From NCBI GenBank assembly GCA_963832165.1, contig CAWHTE010000007.1, positions 160,001-224,000 of the forward strand: 64,000 nucleotides of DNA, given 5' to 3'. Each line of letters begins with the position of its first letter. The first letter of the stretch is position 1. The position numbers and the translations under genes are program-made. The notes under the pieces are model-generated. The model saw nothing but the letters and a program-made list of their open reading frames with translations, was not told the DNA's origin and searched no databases. This document shows positions 1-8,713 of the stretch, piece by piece. This DNA is from an uncultured delta proteobacterium. Its GTDB lineage: Bacteria > Myxococcota_A > UBA9160 > SMWR01.

Positions 1-503
1 ATGAACGCGAGCCGTAGTACGTCGCGGTGTCCGGCCGGGAGACGTTCGATCGCGCGGACGAGGCGCCCGAGCTCCTCGCGCGCGTTGATCGATTCGATGT
101 GGTCGGCCGGGTCGGGGATGCGCGCGAGCGTGTCGTCGGTGGCGACGCGCACCGAGGACCGCCGGGGCTGGGAGAAATAGCGCCGCGCCGAGAGCGCCTT
201 CAGATTGGCGATGCCGAAGATCCACGTCGTGACCGGCGACTCCCCGCGGTAGGCGGCCGCGTTCCTCCACACCTCGAAGAACACGTCGGTAGCGACCTCC
301 TCGGCGAGGCCTTCGTCGCCGAGGCGGCGGCGCAGGAACGAGAGCACGCGCTTGTAGTAGCGCTCGAAGATCACGCGGTGGGCAGCCTGGTCGCGCTCGA
401 CCACCCGCGCGAGCATTGCGCGGTCGCTCTCCGGCGCGCCGTCGCGGTCGGGTTCGACCGCGGCGTTCGCGAGACCGCCGGAAACGATGCGCAGCTGGGC
501 CAT
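1..503 (-). CDS. ECF-type RNA polymerase sigma factor (3' end outside window)
   Basis: Not in the ORF track; own translation from ATG at 503: MAQLRIVSGG...DRAMLARVVERDQAAHRVIFERYYKRVLSFLRRRLGDEGLAEEVATDVFFEVWRNAAAYRGESPVTTWIFGIANLK...RAIERLPAGHRDVLRLAF. Matches sigma-70 region 2 and the start of region 4. The ATG overlaps the upstream TGA (TGATG). Confidence 0.9.
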   Translation of the reverse strand, partial: MAQLRIVSGGLANAAVEPDRDGAPESDRAMLARVVERDQAAHRVIFERYYKRVLSFLRRRLGDEGLAEEVATDVFFEVWRNAAAYRGESPVTTWIFGIANLKALSARRYFSQPRRSSVRVATDDTLARIPDPADHIESINAREELGRLVRAIERLPAGHRDVLRLAF

Positions 504-1411
504 CAGAGACCAAGCCCCGACGTCAGACCACCCGTGAGCCCGCCGACTGCGCCCGTCGTCGTGCTCAGCGTGTCGGTCGTCAGCGTGGTCGTCGTGCCGA
601 GCGTCTCCGCACCGAGCGAGCCGGCGCCGCTCGTGACGCCCGTGAGCCCGCCGTTGAGCGAATCGACGCCGCTCGAGACGGTCTCCGTGACACCGCTCGT
701 CGTGCCGGTAACCCCACTGCTCAGCGTTTCGACGCCGCTCGACACGGTGCTCGTGAGACCACTCGTCGTGCCGGTGACCCCACTGCTGATCGTTTCGACG
801 CCGCTCGACGCGCTGTCCGTAACGCCGCTCGTGGTACCGCCCGTGAGGCTGCCCAGGCCGCTGCCAATCGAGTCGAGGCCGCTCACGACGGTCTCGCTGA
901 CGGCGCTCGTCACGGTGCCGAGGAAACTGGTCGTACCGGTCACGGTTTCACTCGTGGTATCGGTCACCCCGCTCACCGTATTCGTGAGCGCGCTCGTGGT
1001 GCCGCCCGCGACACCCTCGACCACCCCGGTCACGCCGGTCACGGTGTTGTTCACGGCCTGGGTCGTATTCGAAACCGTATTGGTGACGACCTCGGTCGTG
1101 CCCGAAACGGTCGTGCTCACGGCCTGAGTCGCCGACTGGACCGCCGTCGCCGTGTTCGCAGGAGTGCGCGTTAGCTCGAGCGGAACCAGCTGCACGAGAT
1201 CCGTGGCGGTCCCGTTCCTCGGAGCGAAATGATTCGATGCGGGGCCCGAGACTCCCGCGGGCTGTCCGTATACGGGCGCCATCACGAACTCGCCGACCGA
1301 CTGAGCGCAGTCGCCCGGGGCCGCGATCGCGGCGCCCAGGTTGTCGGCGACGGCTGCGAAAGACAGGAAGCTGCTGACCAGAAACACGACAGAAGCGTTG
1401 TGCAGGTTCAT
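503..1411 (-). CDS. Secreted Thr/Ser/Gly/Val-rich protein with 11/22-aa repeats (302 aa)
   Basis: C-terminal part of ORF 503..2491, from MNLHNASVVFLVSSFLSFAAVA (signal-peptide-like). ATG overlaps the upstream stop (ATGA) and follows a GAGGA RBS. Confidence 0.75.
   Translation of the reverse strand: MNLHNASVVFLVSSFLSFAAVADNLGAAIAAPGDCAQSVGEFVMAPVYGQPAGVSGPASNHFAPRNGTATDLVQLVPLELTRTPANTATAVQSATQAVSTTVSGTTEVVTNTVSNTTQAVNNTVTGVTGVVEGVAGGTTSALTNTVSGVTDTTSETVTGTTSFLGTVTSAVSETVVSGLDSIGSGLGSLTGGTTSGVTDSASSGVETISSGVTGTTSGLTSTVSSGVETLSSGVTGTTSGVTETVSSGVDSLNGGLTGVTSGAGSLGAETLGTTTTLTTDTLSTTTGAVGGLTGGLTSGLGL
643..840. repeat. Three imperfect 66-bp tandem repeats (22-aa unit)
   Basis: tcgacgccgctcga recurs at 663, 729 and 795. 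Encodes TTSGVTDSASSGVETISSGVTG / TTSGLTSTVSSGVETLSSGVTG / TTSGVTETVSSGVDSLNGGLTG. Confidence 0.85.
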
Positions 1412-3105
1412 AGCGTCCTCGCGAAGTTCACGTTGAGGAGGAATCCCACGACGTGTTGATCGTAGTCGAACACGTCCGCCGAGGAGAGGTTGTCCAGATA
1501 GCTGTAGAGCACGGAGACGGAGAACGGATCGACGAGCGGAATCGAGAGCCGCGCGTCGAAGCCGATCCGCTCGTCGCTGCGCGCCGAGTCGCTGAGGAAG
1601 TACTGCTGCGGTATCGGCTGCGCCGCGCGCACCAGATCTTCGCGGTTCGGGAACGTCGTCGGATGGCGGAAGTCTCGGTAGGTGTAGCTCCCCTCGACGT
1701 CGAGCCCGAGGCTCCAGGGCAGCGCGAACCCGAGAGCCACGAAGGCACGATGCGCCTCGTGCGAGTACTCGGTTCCGTCGGATTCGAAATAGGTATAGGC
1801 GTAGCCACCGGTGAGCGCCGGATCCGAGAGTGGCGGCAGCCCGAGCGGCAGGGTCAACGCATGCGAAATGCCCAAGCCGCTTCCGTAGCCGTCGAGGTCG
1901 CGCTCCTGGTGCTCGTTGATGAACGGCGGGCCACATACGGCGAAGCCAGGCGGGAGCGACGGGCACGCACCCCCGGTCACCCCCGGGCCATCGGGAACGT
2001 CGTCGAACGAGACGCGATAGTCGTCGACGAACGATCTCGCGTAGAGCTCGGTCGAAGAGCGCGCCGACCAGGCGCGGATCAGCGAGAGGCGCCCGCCGTT
2101 CGAGATCAGGAACGGATCGGTGTCCACCCACGCGTAGCCGAAGTCGTAGCGGAAGCGCACGTGGGTATCGGCGCGCAGCGCGTGATTCAGCCACAGCGAC
2201 GCAGTGGGAAAGTGGTTGTCGAACTGGCGCAGCTCGTCGCGGTCGGAGTGGATCCGACCGCGATAGCTCGCGAGCAGCCCCGCCGAGTTGGCGCCCCACT
2301 GTCCGAGATCGAGACCCGCGCGCGCGACCACCGCACCGAGGAGATCGTCCTCGTGGCTGATGTCGGTGGGCAGCGGCGTCTCGCGCCCCGAGAGCACGAC
2401 GTTGTCGTTGTAGGCGAGCCCAGCGCCCAGATTGAGCCACACGCGCCGGCCACCGGCGCGCTCGAGCGCGCGGTTGGCTTCGTTCGCCCAATCAGTGCCC
2501 GCCCACCCGTCGGCGACTTCGTTGAGCCGGTCGCGAGAGTCCTTCTCCTGGCCCGCCGCGCGCAGCGCGACGCCGAGGTAATAGGACGCGACCGGCTCCA
2601 CGGCCTGGGGGTCCGCACGCGTCTGGAACGTGGCCTTGTTGATGTCGACCGCGCGCTGCAGCGCCACCACGGCGGCGTCCGCATCGCCGCGGCCCAGGTC
2701 CACCATGCCGCGATAGAGCTGCCAGAGCGCGTCGCCGGACAGGCTCTCACCCGCGCGCAGGGCGGCGTCCGCGCCGTCGAGGTCGCCCGTGTGATAGCGC
2801 GCGCGCGCGAGATCGAGGTTCGCCTCGGCGAGGCTCGGGTCGATCGAGAGTGCGCGCTCGAGCACCCCCGCCGCACGCGCGTACTCCCGCGCGCGCAGCG
2901 CGCACTGGCCGAGTCGCCACGCGACGCGTGCGGACTCGGGCGCGGGCACGAGCTCCAGCTCCTTCTCGAGCTCGGGCACCGCCACTTCGCAGCGCCCCTC
3001 GAGGGCGAGCCGCTCGCCACGCGTGGGCCGGCGTTCCTCCGCATGGAGGGCCGGGATCGCGGCGAGCAGAGCGATCATCAGCGCAACGAGCTCCTTCCTC
3101 GGCAC
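1408..3105 (-). CDS. TPR-repeat + outer-membrane beta-barrel protein (Slam/DUF560-like architecture)
   Basis: Signal peptide (ELVALMIALLAAIPALHA), TPR helices (AWRLGQCALRAREYARAAGVLERALSIDPSLAEANLDLARARY), then GLAYNDNV and amphipathic beta-strands ending ...HVVGFLLNVNF. Start placed at GTG 3105 (uncertain). Confidence 0.7.
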   Translation of the reverse strand: MPRKELVALMIALLAAIPALHAEERRPTRGERLALEGRCEVAVPELEKELELVPAPESARVAWRLGQCALRAREYARAAGVLERALSIDPSLAEANLDLARARYHTGDLDGADAALRAGESLSGDALWQLYRGMVDLGRGDADAAVVALQRAVDINKATFQTRADPQAVEPVASYYLGVALRAAGQEKDSRDRLNEVADGWAGTDWANEANRALERAGGRRVWLNLGAGLAYNDNVVLSGRETPLPTDISHEDDLLGAVVARAGLDLGQWGANSAGLLASYRGRIHSDRDELRQFDNHFPTASLWLNHALRADTHVRFRYDFGYAWVDTDPFLISNGGRLSLIRAWSARSSTELYARSFVDDYRVSFDDVPDGPGVTGGACPSLPPGFAVCGPPFINEHQERDLDGYGSGLGISHALTLPLGLPPLSDPALTGGYAYTYFESDGTEYSHEAHRAFVALGFALPWSLGLDVEGSYTYRDFRHPTTFPNREDLVRAAQPIPQQYFLSDSARSDERIGFDARLSIPLVDPFSVSVLYSYLDNLSSADVFDYDQHVVGFLLNVNFARTL

Positions 3106-3386
3106 GCGCCAACCCCGTCGCGGGCGATCCTTTCCGGATCGCGCGACCAACTGCACGCGCACCCATCTAAGGAGTTGCAGCCCGGCGCTCCGAGGTTGCG
3201 GAAAATCAGCCGTGCGCAGGTGCGCAACGAGGGGGCGGAGCACTCAAGTCCTCGGTTTCAAATCAGAATTAGGAGATTCAGGTGCAGCGCGATTCCCGCA
3301 GGGTACCCCGCTCCGCGCCGGGCGCCCCCCTGTCCTGGCTGGGCAATGCCGGGGACCTCGCCCACCCTCTCCCCCTGGAGAAACAC

Positions 3387-3851
3387 ATGAGCGATTCACT
3401 GGATCTCGCCGCGCTGATCCCCGAGCACTTCGGGCGCTACTTCGCGTTCTTCAAGCCGGGCCACATCGAGGGCATCGTGCCCGCGCGCATCAAAGAGCTC
3501 GCGCGTCTGAAGATCGCCGCCCTCAACCAATGCGATACCTGACTGTTCGCGCGCTACGCGTCGGCGACGCGTCAGGGGCTCGACGAAGAGACGATCGCGC
3601 AGATCCACCGGCCCGCTGCCGAGCGCGAGCTGGCGCCGCGCGAAGCGCTCGCGGTGCAGTTCGCCGAGCGCGCCGCGCTCGACTTCCGGAGCGTCGACGC
3701 CGCGTTCGTGGCCGAGCTCCGCAAGCACTTCAGCGACGCGGAAATTGCCGAGCTCGGCATGATGATCCAGCAGTACATAGCGCTCGGGCGCCTGCTCGTG
3801 ATGACGGGCGGCCACAAGGGCGCGTGCGAGATCTACGTCCCGGAGTATTAG
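3387..3851 (+). CDS. AhpD/carboxymuconolactone decarboxylase-like protein with CxxU motif; probable selenoprotein (154 aa, Sec52)
   Basis: GGAG RBS and ATG at 3387; ...RIKELARLKIAALNQC-D-T-TGA(3540-3542)-LFARYASATRQGLDEETIAQI...ELRKHFSDAEIAELGMMI... continues in frame to TAG at 3849-3851, joining ORFs 3282..3542 and 3654..3851. Confidence 0.88.
3556..3572 (+). promoter_or_regulatory. Putative bacterial SECIS hairpin
   Basis: ACGCGTC-GGC-GACGCGT perfect 7-bp stem with a G-first loop beginning 20 nt after the TGA. CCTGAC(3538-3543)/GTCAGG(3571-3576) could form a lower stem. Confidence 0.65.
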
Positions 3852-3863
3852 CGGCGCTTGCGG

Positions 3864-4865
3864 TCAGGCCAGCCACTCGGGCACCGGCAACCCCTTGCTG
3901 CGCAGGAATTCCGGGTTGAACAGCTTGCTCTGGTAGCGCGTGCCGTAGTCGGCGAGCACCGTCACCACGGTGTGCCCGGGACCGAGCTCCTTCGCGAGCC
4001 GGATCGCGCCCGCGACGTTGACTCCGCTCGACCCGCCGAGACAGAGGCCCTCCTCGCGCAGCAGGTCGAAGATGATCGGAAGCCACTCGGGGTCGGGGAT
4101 CTGATAGGCGTCGTCGATCTGTGCCTCGGCGATGTTCCCCGTGACGCGCCCCTGCCCGATTCCCTCGGTGATCGAGCTGCCCTCGGCCTTGAGCTCGCCG
4201 TGCTTGATCCAGTGGTACATCGCGGCGCCCAACGGATCGGCGGCCACGATGCGCACGTCGCGGTTCACGGACTTCAGGAACTCGCCCACGCCCGCGAGCG
4301 TGCCGCCCGTGCCGATCGCACAGGTGAAGCCGTCGACCTTGCCGCCGGTCTGCGCCCAGATCTCCGGACCCGTCGATCGGAAATGGCCGGAGCGGTTGCT
4401 CGGGTTGTCCCATTGATTCGCGTAGAGCACGCCACCCGGCTCGCTCTTGGCGAGCTCGGCTGCATGGCGCTCGGCCTGCTTCACGTAGTGATCGGGGTCC
4501 TTGTACGGAACCGCGGGAACGCAGCGCAGCTCGACCCCGCACAGCCGCAGCATGTCCTTCTTCTCCTGGCTCTGCGTCTCGGGCATCAGGATCACCGTGC
4601 GGTAGCCGCGCGCATTGCCGACCAGCGCGAGTCCGATCCCGGTGTTTCCCGCGGTGCCCTCGACGACCACGCCGCCGGGCTGCAGGTCTCCGCGCTCCTC
4701 GGCGTCGAGGATCATGTACTTCGCGGCGCGATCCTTCACCGAGCCGCCCGGATTGAGGAACTCGGCCTTCCCGAGCACGTTGCAGCCCGTCAGCTCGGAT
4801 GCTTTGCGCAAGCGGATCAGCGGGGTGTTGCCGACGGCGTCGGTGAATCCGTCTCGTACGTCCAC
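3864..4865 (-). CDS. cysK: Cysteine synthase (PLP-dependent O-acetylserine sulfhydrylase family)
   Basis: GNTPLIRL, KAEFLNPGGSVKDR (PLP lysine), EGTAGNTGIGL, IGTGGT, TEGIGQG motifs. Confidence 0.92.
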   Translation of the reverse strand: MDVRDGFTDAVGNTPLIRLRKASELTGCNVLGKAEFLNPGGSVKDRAAKYMILDAEERGDLQPGGVVVEGTAGNTGIGLALVGNARGYRTVILMPETQSQEKKDMLRLCGVELRCVPAVPYKDPDHYVKQAERHAAELAKSEPGGVLYANQWDNPSNRSGHFRSTGPEIWAQTGGKVDGFTCAIGTGGTLAGVGEFLKSVNRDVRIVAADPLGAAMYHWIKHGELKAEGSSITEGIGQGRVTGNIAEAQIDDAYQIPDPEWLPIIFDLLREEGLCLGGSSGVNVAGAIRLAKELGPGHTVVTVLADYGTRYQSKLFNPEFLRSKGLPVPEWLA

Positions 4866-4881
4866 GGGGATCTCCTTGGTG

Positions 4882-5481
4882 TCACTGGGCGCCCTGCGCC
4901 GCGGCGCGGCGAATCGTAGCCACGTCGCGCGCGTCGAGCGGCAGCTCGAGCGCGAGCTCCACGGCGCGCCCGCTCATCTTGCGCAGAGTCTTCGCGGTGA
5001 CGTCGAGCAGCTTCTCCTCGGACAGGCGCTCGGCGATCTCGCGGTACTGCGTCTCGAGAAATACCAGGCACAGCGCGTCCTCGAGCACCTGCGCCTCGTG
5101 CTCTCCGCGCGCGAGCCCGCGCTTGTGCAGGAGATCGGAGACGCGCCGGATCAGGGCCGCGTCATAGCCGTGCGCTTCGAGGATCGCTGCGGTCTGATCG
5201 GCGTGGAAGTCGTGCAGCGCCCGCCGCCAACGCAGATATCCCTCGCGTCCTTCGGGATAGTCCGCGCGCGGGATCGCCCAGCGGCGGAGGTGGTGTGCGC
5301 GCCCCGCGAGCTGCAGCGCCTCGCTCGCATCGGGCTCGAGCTTTCCGATCCACTCCGACACGAGCTCGGCGTGCGCCTGCTCCTTGGGGCGGCGCGATCC
5401 GCGCACGAGGATCGCGTGGGGATCTCCGCTGTTGGCGGCGTCGATGGCCTCGAGCGCCTTGCGCAGCCGCTCGTCGCTCAC
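4882..5481 (-). CDS. DUF4202 family protein
   Basis: AIDAANSGDP, LQLAGRAHHLRRWAIPRADYPEGREGYLRWR, QVLEDALCLVFLE, KTLRKMS: pattern recognised as DUF4202. Confidence 0.85.
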   Translation of the reverse strand: MSDERLRKALEAIDAANSGDPHAILVRGSRRPKEQAHAELVSEWIGKLEPDASEALQLAGRAHHLRRWAIPRADYPEGREGYLRWRRALHDFHADQTAAILEAHGYDAALIRRVSDLLHKRGLARGEHEAQVLEDALCLVFLETQYREIAERLSEEKLLDVTAKTLRKMSGRAVELALELPLDARDVATIRRAAAQGAQ

Positions 5482-5491
5482 GCGCGAGTCC

Positions 5492-5821
5492 TCAATAGGG
5501 TGTGAGGCTCGGATCGATGCGCTCGATCCAGGCGAGGATCCCGCCGTTCAGGTTCCAGACGTTCTCGAAGCCGGCTCCGCGCATCGCCTTCACCGCGTTC
5601 GCGCTGCGGCCGCCACTCCGACAGTGCACGACGATGTGTGCGCCGCGATCGAGCTCGGCGAGATGTCCCGAGAGCTTGCCGAGCGGAATCAGCTGGCCGT
5701 CGAGATGGCAGATCTCGTACTCGTGCGGCTCGCGCACGTCGATCAACACGAAGTCCGCCCGCTCGTCGCGCAACCGCTTGAGATCCTCGACGCTGATGTC
5801 CCAAGGGCTCTGTACCGGCAC
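5492..5821 (-). CDS. Single-domain rhodanese (sulfurtransferase, MoeB C-terminal-like)
   Basis: LIDVREPHEYEICHL, active loop HCRSGGRS, NLNGGILAWIERIDPSL. Confidence 0.9.
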   Translation of the reverse strand: MPVQSPWDISVEDLKRLRDERADFVLIDVREPHEYEICHLDGQLIPLGKLSGHLAELDRGAHIVVHCRSGGRSANAVKAMRGAGFENVWNLNGGILAWIERIDPSLTPY

Positions 5822-6400
5822 TAGCGTCCCTCCACGCGCGCGAGCAGCGACGCGAGATCACCACTGCCACCCGTGAGCACGAGCGTGAGCATGCGTCTCG
5901 GGTCGTCCGCCGCTGCGTTCTCGAGGCGTCACCGCCTCGCCGAACATCGCGCGCGCGACCGGCAACAGCTCCTTGCTCGCGAGCTCGAACGCAGCGGCCG
6001 TATTCGGGGCCGCGAGACGGTCCGGGAACGAGATCTCGAGCTCGCTCGTCGCGAAGCGGATCGCGGCGTGATCGTCCGCTTCGAGCGCGCTCGCAGCCAC
6101 GAGCGCCTTCGCGAGTGCGTCGCGGAACAGCGCCGCGACGTCTTCGCTGCCGGCGCGCTTGCGCAGGGTGAGCAGGCCCGTGCGCCCGCGCGCGAGGTCG
6201 ATGCCGTAGTCGACCTCGTGCCCGATCAGGATCACGCCGGGCCCTTCGGGAACGTGGGCGTAGTCGGCTACGTCGATCAGCTGGCCTGGCACGGCCGCTT
6301 CCTGGATGAAGCGGTGGAACACGCCGATGAAACGGTGCAGATCAGCGCGCGCGATCGGTTGCACGGCGAAGAGCTTGAGAGCGAGACGGTTCGGGTCCAT
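5821..6400 (-). CDS. Hypothetical protein in the sulfur operon (apparent +1 frameshift near 5926)
   Basis: ORF 5858..6400 (FIGVFHRFIQ...LIDVADYAHVPEGPGVILIGHE). Removing one base near 5926 gives ...VTLENAAADDPRRMLTLVLTGGSGDLASLLARVEGR* with TAG at 5823-5821 overlapping the rhodanese GTG. Confidence 0.7.
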
Positions 6401-6410
6401 GTCTCGCGAC

Positions 6411-8713
6411 TCAGGCCTCGGCCTGCACTTCTTCCGGCTCGCTCGCGCTGCCCGGAATCGGCGGCGCCTGGCGCACCGCTTCGCGCGCCTCGCAGGCGTG
6501 CGCGGCTTCGATGAACAGCTGCGCCTCCTCGACGCGCTGCGACGCGAGCTCCGCCGTCACGCGTTCGGGAGGGCTCGCGTGGCGGTCGAGCAGATAGCGG
6601 CCGAACAGGCCCTTCGCGAAGCGGTCGAAGAAGCGCTCGCTGTCGAAGAAGCGCGTCTTCCACTCGGCGACGATGTCGTCGGGATTCTGCGTGACGTCGA
6701 TGTATTCCATGCGCACGAGCGCGCGCGCCGCCGAGAGCATCGCCGCGTAGGCGAGCTCTTCCGCGGTCTCGGGGTCGCCTTCGTCGAGCGCGATCTGCGC
6801 GTCGAACGCCTGCGCCTCCGCCTTCACCACCTCGATGCCGAACAGCGACACCACCTCGCCCGCGCACTCGCCCACGCCGAGGTCGCCGATCGTGAACTCG
6901 CGCACGTCGCTCCAGTCGCTGTAGAACGACGGGTCCTCGGCGTAGGGCGCCACGGGCATGAACGGCTTGATCAGCTCCTTCAGGTTGCGCTTGCCCATGC
7001 GCGCGCACCACGCCTGGAAGCGCTCGCCATTCTCGCGACCGTGGGCGTAGGCGTCCGTGAGTGCGTCGACCGCCTCCGGGATGGCCTTGCTCGGCACCGC
7101 GCCGACGGCGAGCCCGTAGCTGCCCGCGTTCTCGGTCCACTGCCCGCCCAGGATCACCTGGAAGTGCGGCACCGTGCGCCCGTCGATCTTGCGGCTGTTG
7201 CCGTAGAAGCCGATGTCGGCGACGTGGTGCTGGCCGCAGCAGTTGAAGCAGCCCGAGATCTTGATCTTGAGGCTCTTCACCGCCTCGGGCAGCGACACCG
7301 ACTTCGCGGCGAGCCGATTGCGCAGCTCTGCGCCGAGCCCGCGGCTCGACGAGATGCCGAGCTTGCAGGTGTCGGTGCCCGGGCAGCTCGTCACGTCGAC
7401 GATCGTGGTGGCGCCAGGAGCGGCGAGGCCGAGCGCGGCGAGGTCGCGGTGCACGTCCGGGAGATCGGCGTCGGAGACCCAGCGCAGCACGATGTTCTGC
7501 TCGACGGTGGTGCGCAGGTTCTCGCCCACGTACTGGCGCGCGAGATCGGAGAGGCCGCGCGTCTGATCGGCGGTCAGGTCGCCGAGCGGCAGGTTCAGCA
7601 TCACCACCGAGTAGCCACTCTGGCGCTGCGGGCTCACGTTGGTGGCGAGCCACTCCTCGTAGCCCTCGACGAGCCCCTGCTTTGCGACGACGCCGCCGGC
7701 AGGGCGCGGCGCCTCGCCGCGCGTGTGCGGCATGTCGTTCAGATAGGCGGTCCAGCGGTCGTCGTGGGGCAGCGTCTTGCGCTCCTCCACGACGAGCCGG
7801 CGGAACTCCTCGATGCCGAGCTTCGCGACCAGGAACTTGATGCGCGCGCGGCCGCGGTTCTGCTTCTCGCCGAGCCGCGCGAACACGCGCGCGATCGCCT
7901 GGGTCACCGGAAGCAGCTCCTCCTCGGGCGTGAACTCCGAGAGCACCTTCGCCTGGTGCGGAACGGCGCCCAGCCCGCCGCCGACGACGACCTCGAAGCC
8001 GCGCTTGCCGTCGACGACGCGCGCGACGTAGCCGGAGTCGTGCATCTGCACGAGACCGCACGCCTCGTGCTCGCAGCCCGAGAACGCGAGCTTGAACTTG
8101 CGCCCGAAGTCCTGCACGTCGGGATGTCCGAGCAGGAAGCTCATGAGCGCCTGCGCGTAGGGCGACACGTCGAACGGCTCGGTCTTGCACACGCCCGCGA
8201 GCGGGCACGCCGTGACGTTGCGCACCGAGTTGCCGCACGCCTCGCGCGTCGTGATCCCGACCGCGGCGAGCCGGCGCATCAGATCGGGCGTGTCCTCGAT
8301 GTGCACGAAGTGGAGCTGGACGTCCTGGCGCGTGGTGACGTGGAGGATCCCGTCCGAGTACTCCTCCGCGAGCGCCGCGAGCACGTCGAGCTGCTCGGGC
8401 GAGACGCCGCCGAAGGGGATCTTGATCCGCTGCATGCCCGGCGCGTCCCAGAGCGTGTCGGGGCCCTTCGTGGGCTTCGTCGTCGAACGCGAGCTGCGCG
8501 CTCTGCGATGCCGTCGTGGCGCTGGCCGTTGTCGTAGCGCTGCCCGTACACGCCGCGTCGCAGGCGCGTCTCGGCGAACACCTTCTCGTCGATCTTCCCC
8601 TTCTTGCGCAGCTGAAGCTGCGCCTCGAACTGATCGATCTCCTCGGCCCAGCCGGGATTCATGCGATCCGCGAGCGTGTCCTTCCAAGACTCCGGGGTAC
8701 GGGTGTCAGCCAT
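6411..8713 (-). CDS. Ferredoxin-type nitrite/sulfite reductase (siroheme, 4Fe-4S) with C-terminal extension; frameshifted near 8480-8505
   Basis: N-terminus in ORF 8279..8719 (FAETRLRRGVYGQR); remainder in ORF 6411..8687 (HVTTRQDVQLH, ACGNSVRNV, RKFKLAFSGC, SCPGTDTCKLG, KISGCFNCCGQHH). GGGAG RBS favours ATG 8713. The cysK/rhodanese context favours sulfite as substrate. Confidence 0.88.

Noticed and set aside
643..840. Regularly spaced repeats resembling a CRISPR array
   Set aside because: The 66-bp units are similar along their whole length, vary at codon third positions, lie in an ORF, and no cas genes are present.
27..1127. 366-aa plus-strand ORF rich in V/T/P/S
   Set aside because: Antisense shadow of the repeat protein and sigma factor, which have coupled starts/stops and recognisable motifs.
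3106..3386. Riboswitch, tRNA-Sec or ECF promoter in the divergent intergenic region
   Set aside because: Only short GC stems; no recognisable consensus that I can support.
3540..3542. TGA as a nonsense mutation (pseudogene)
   Set aside because: Its exact position in CxxU, the downstream hairpin and the intact downstream frame favour Sec; not formally excluded.
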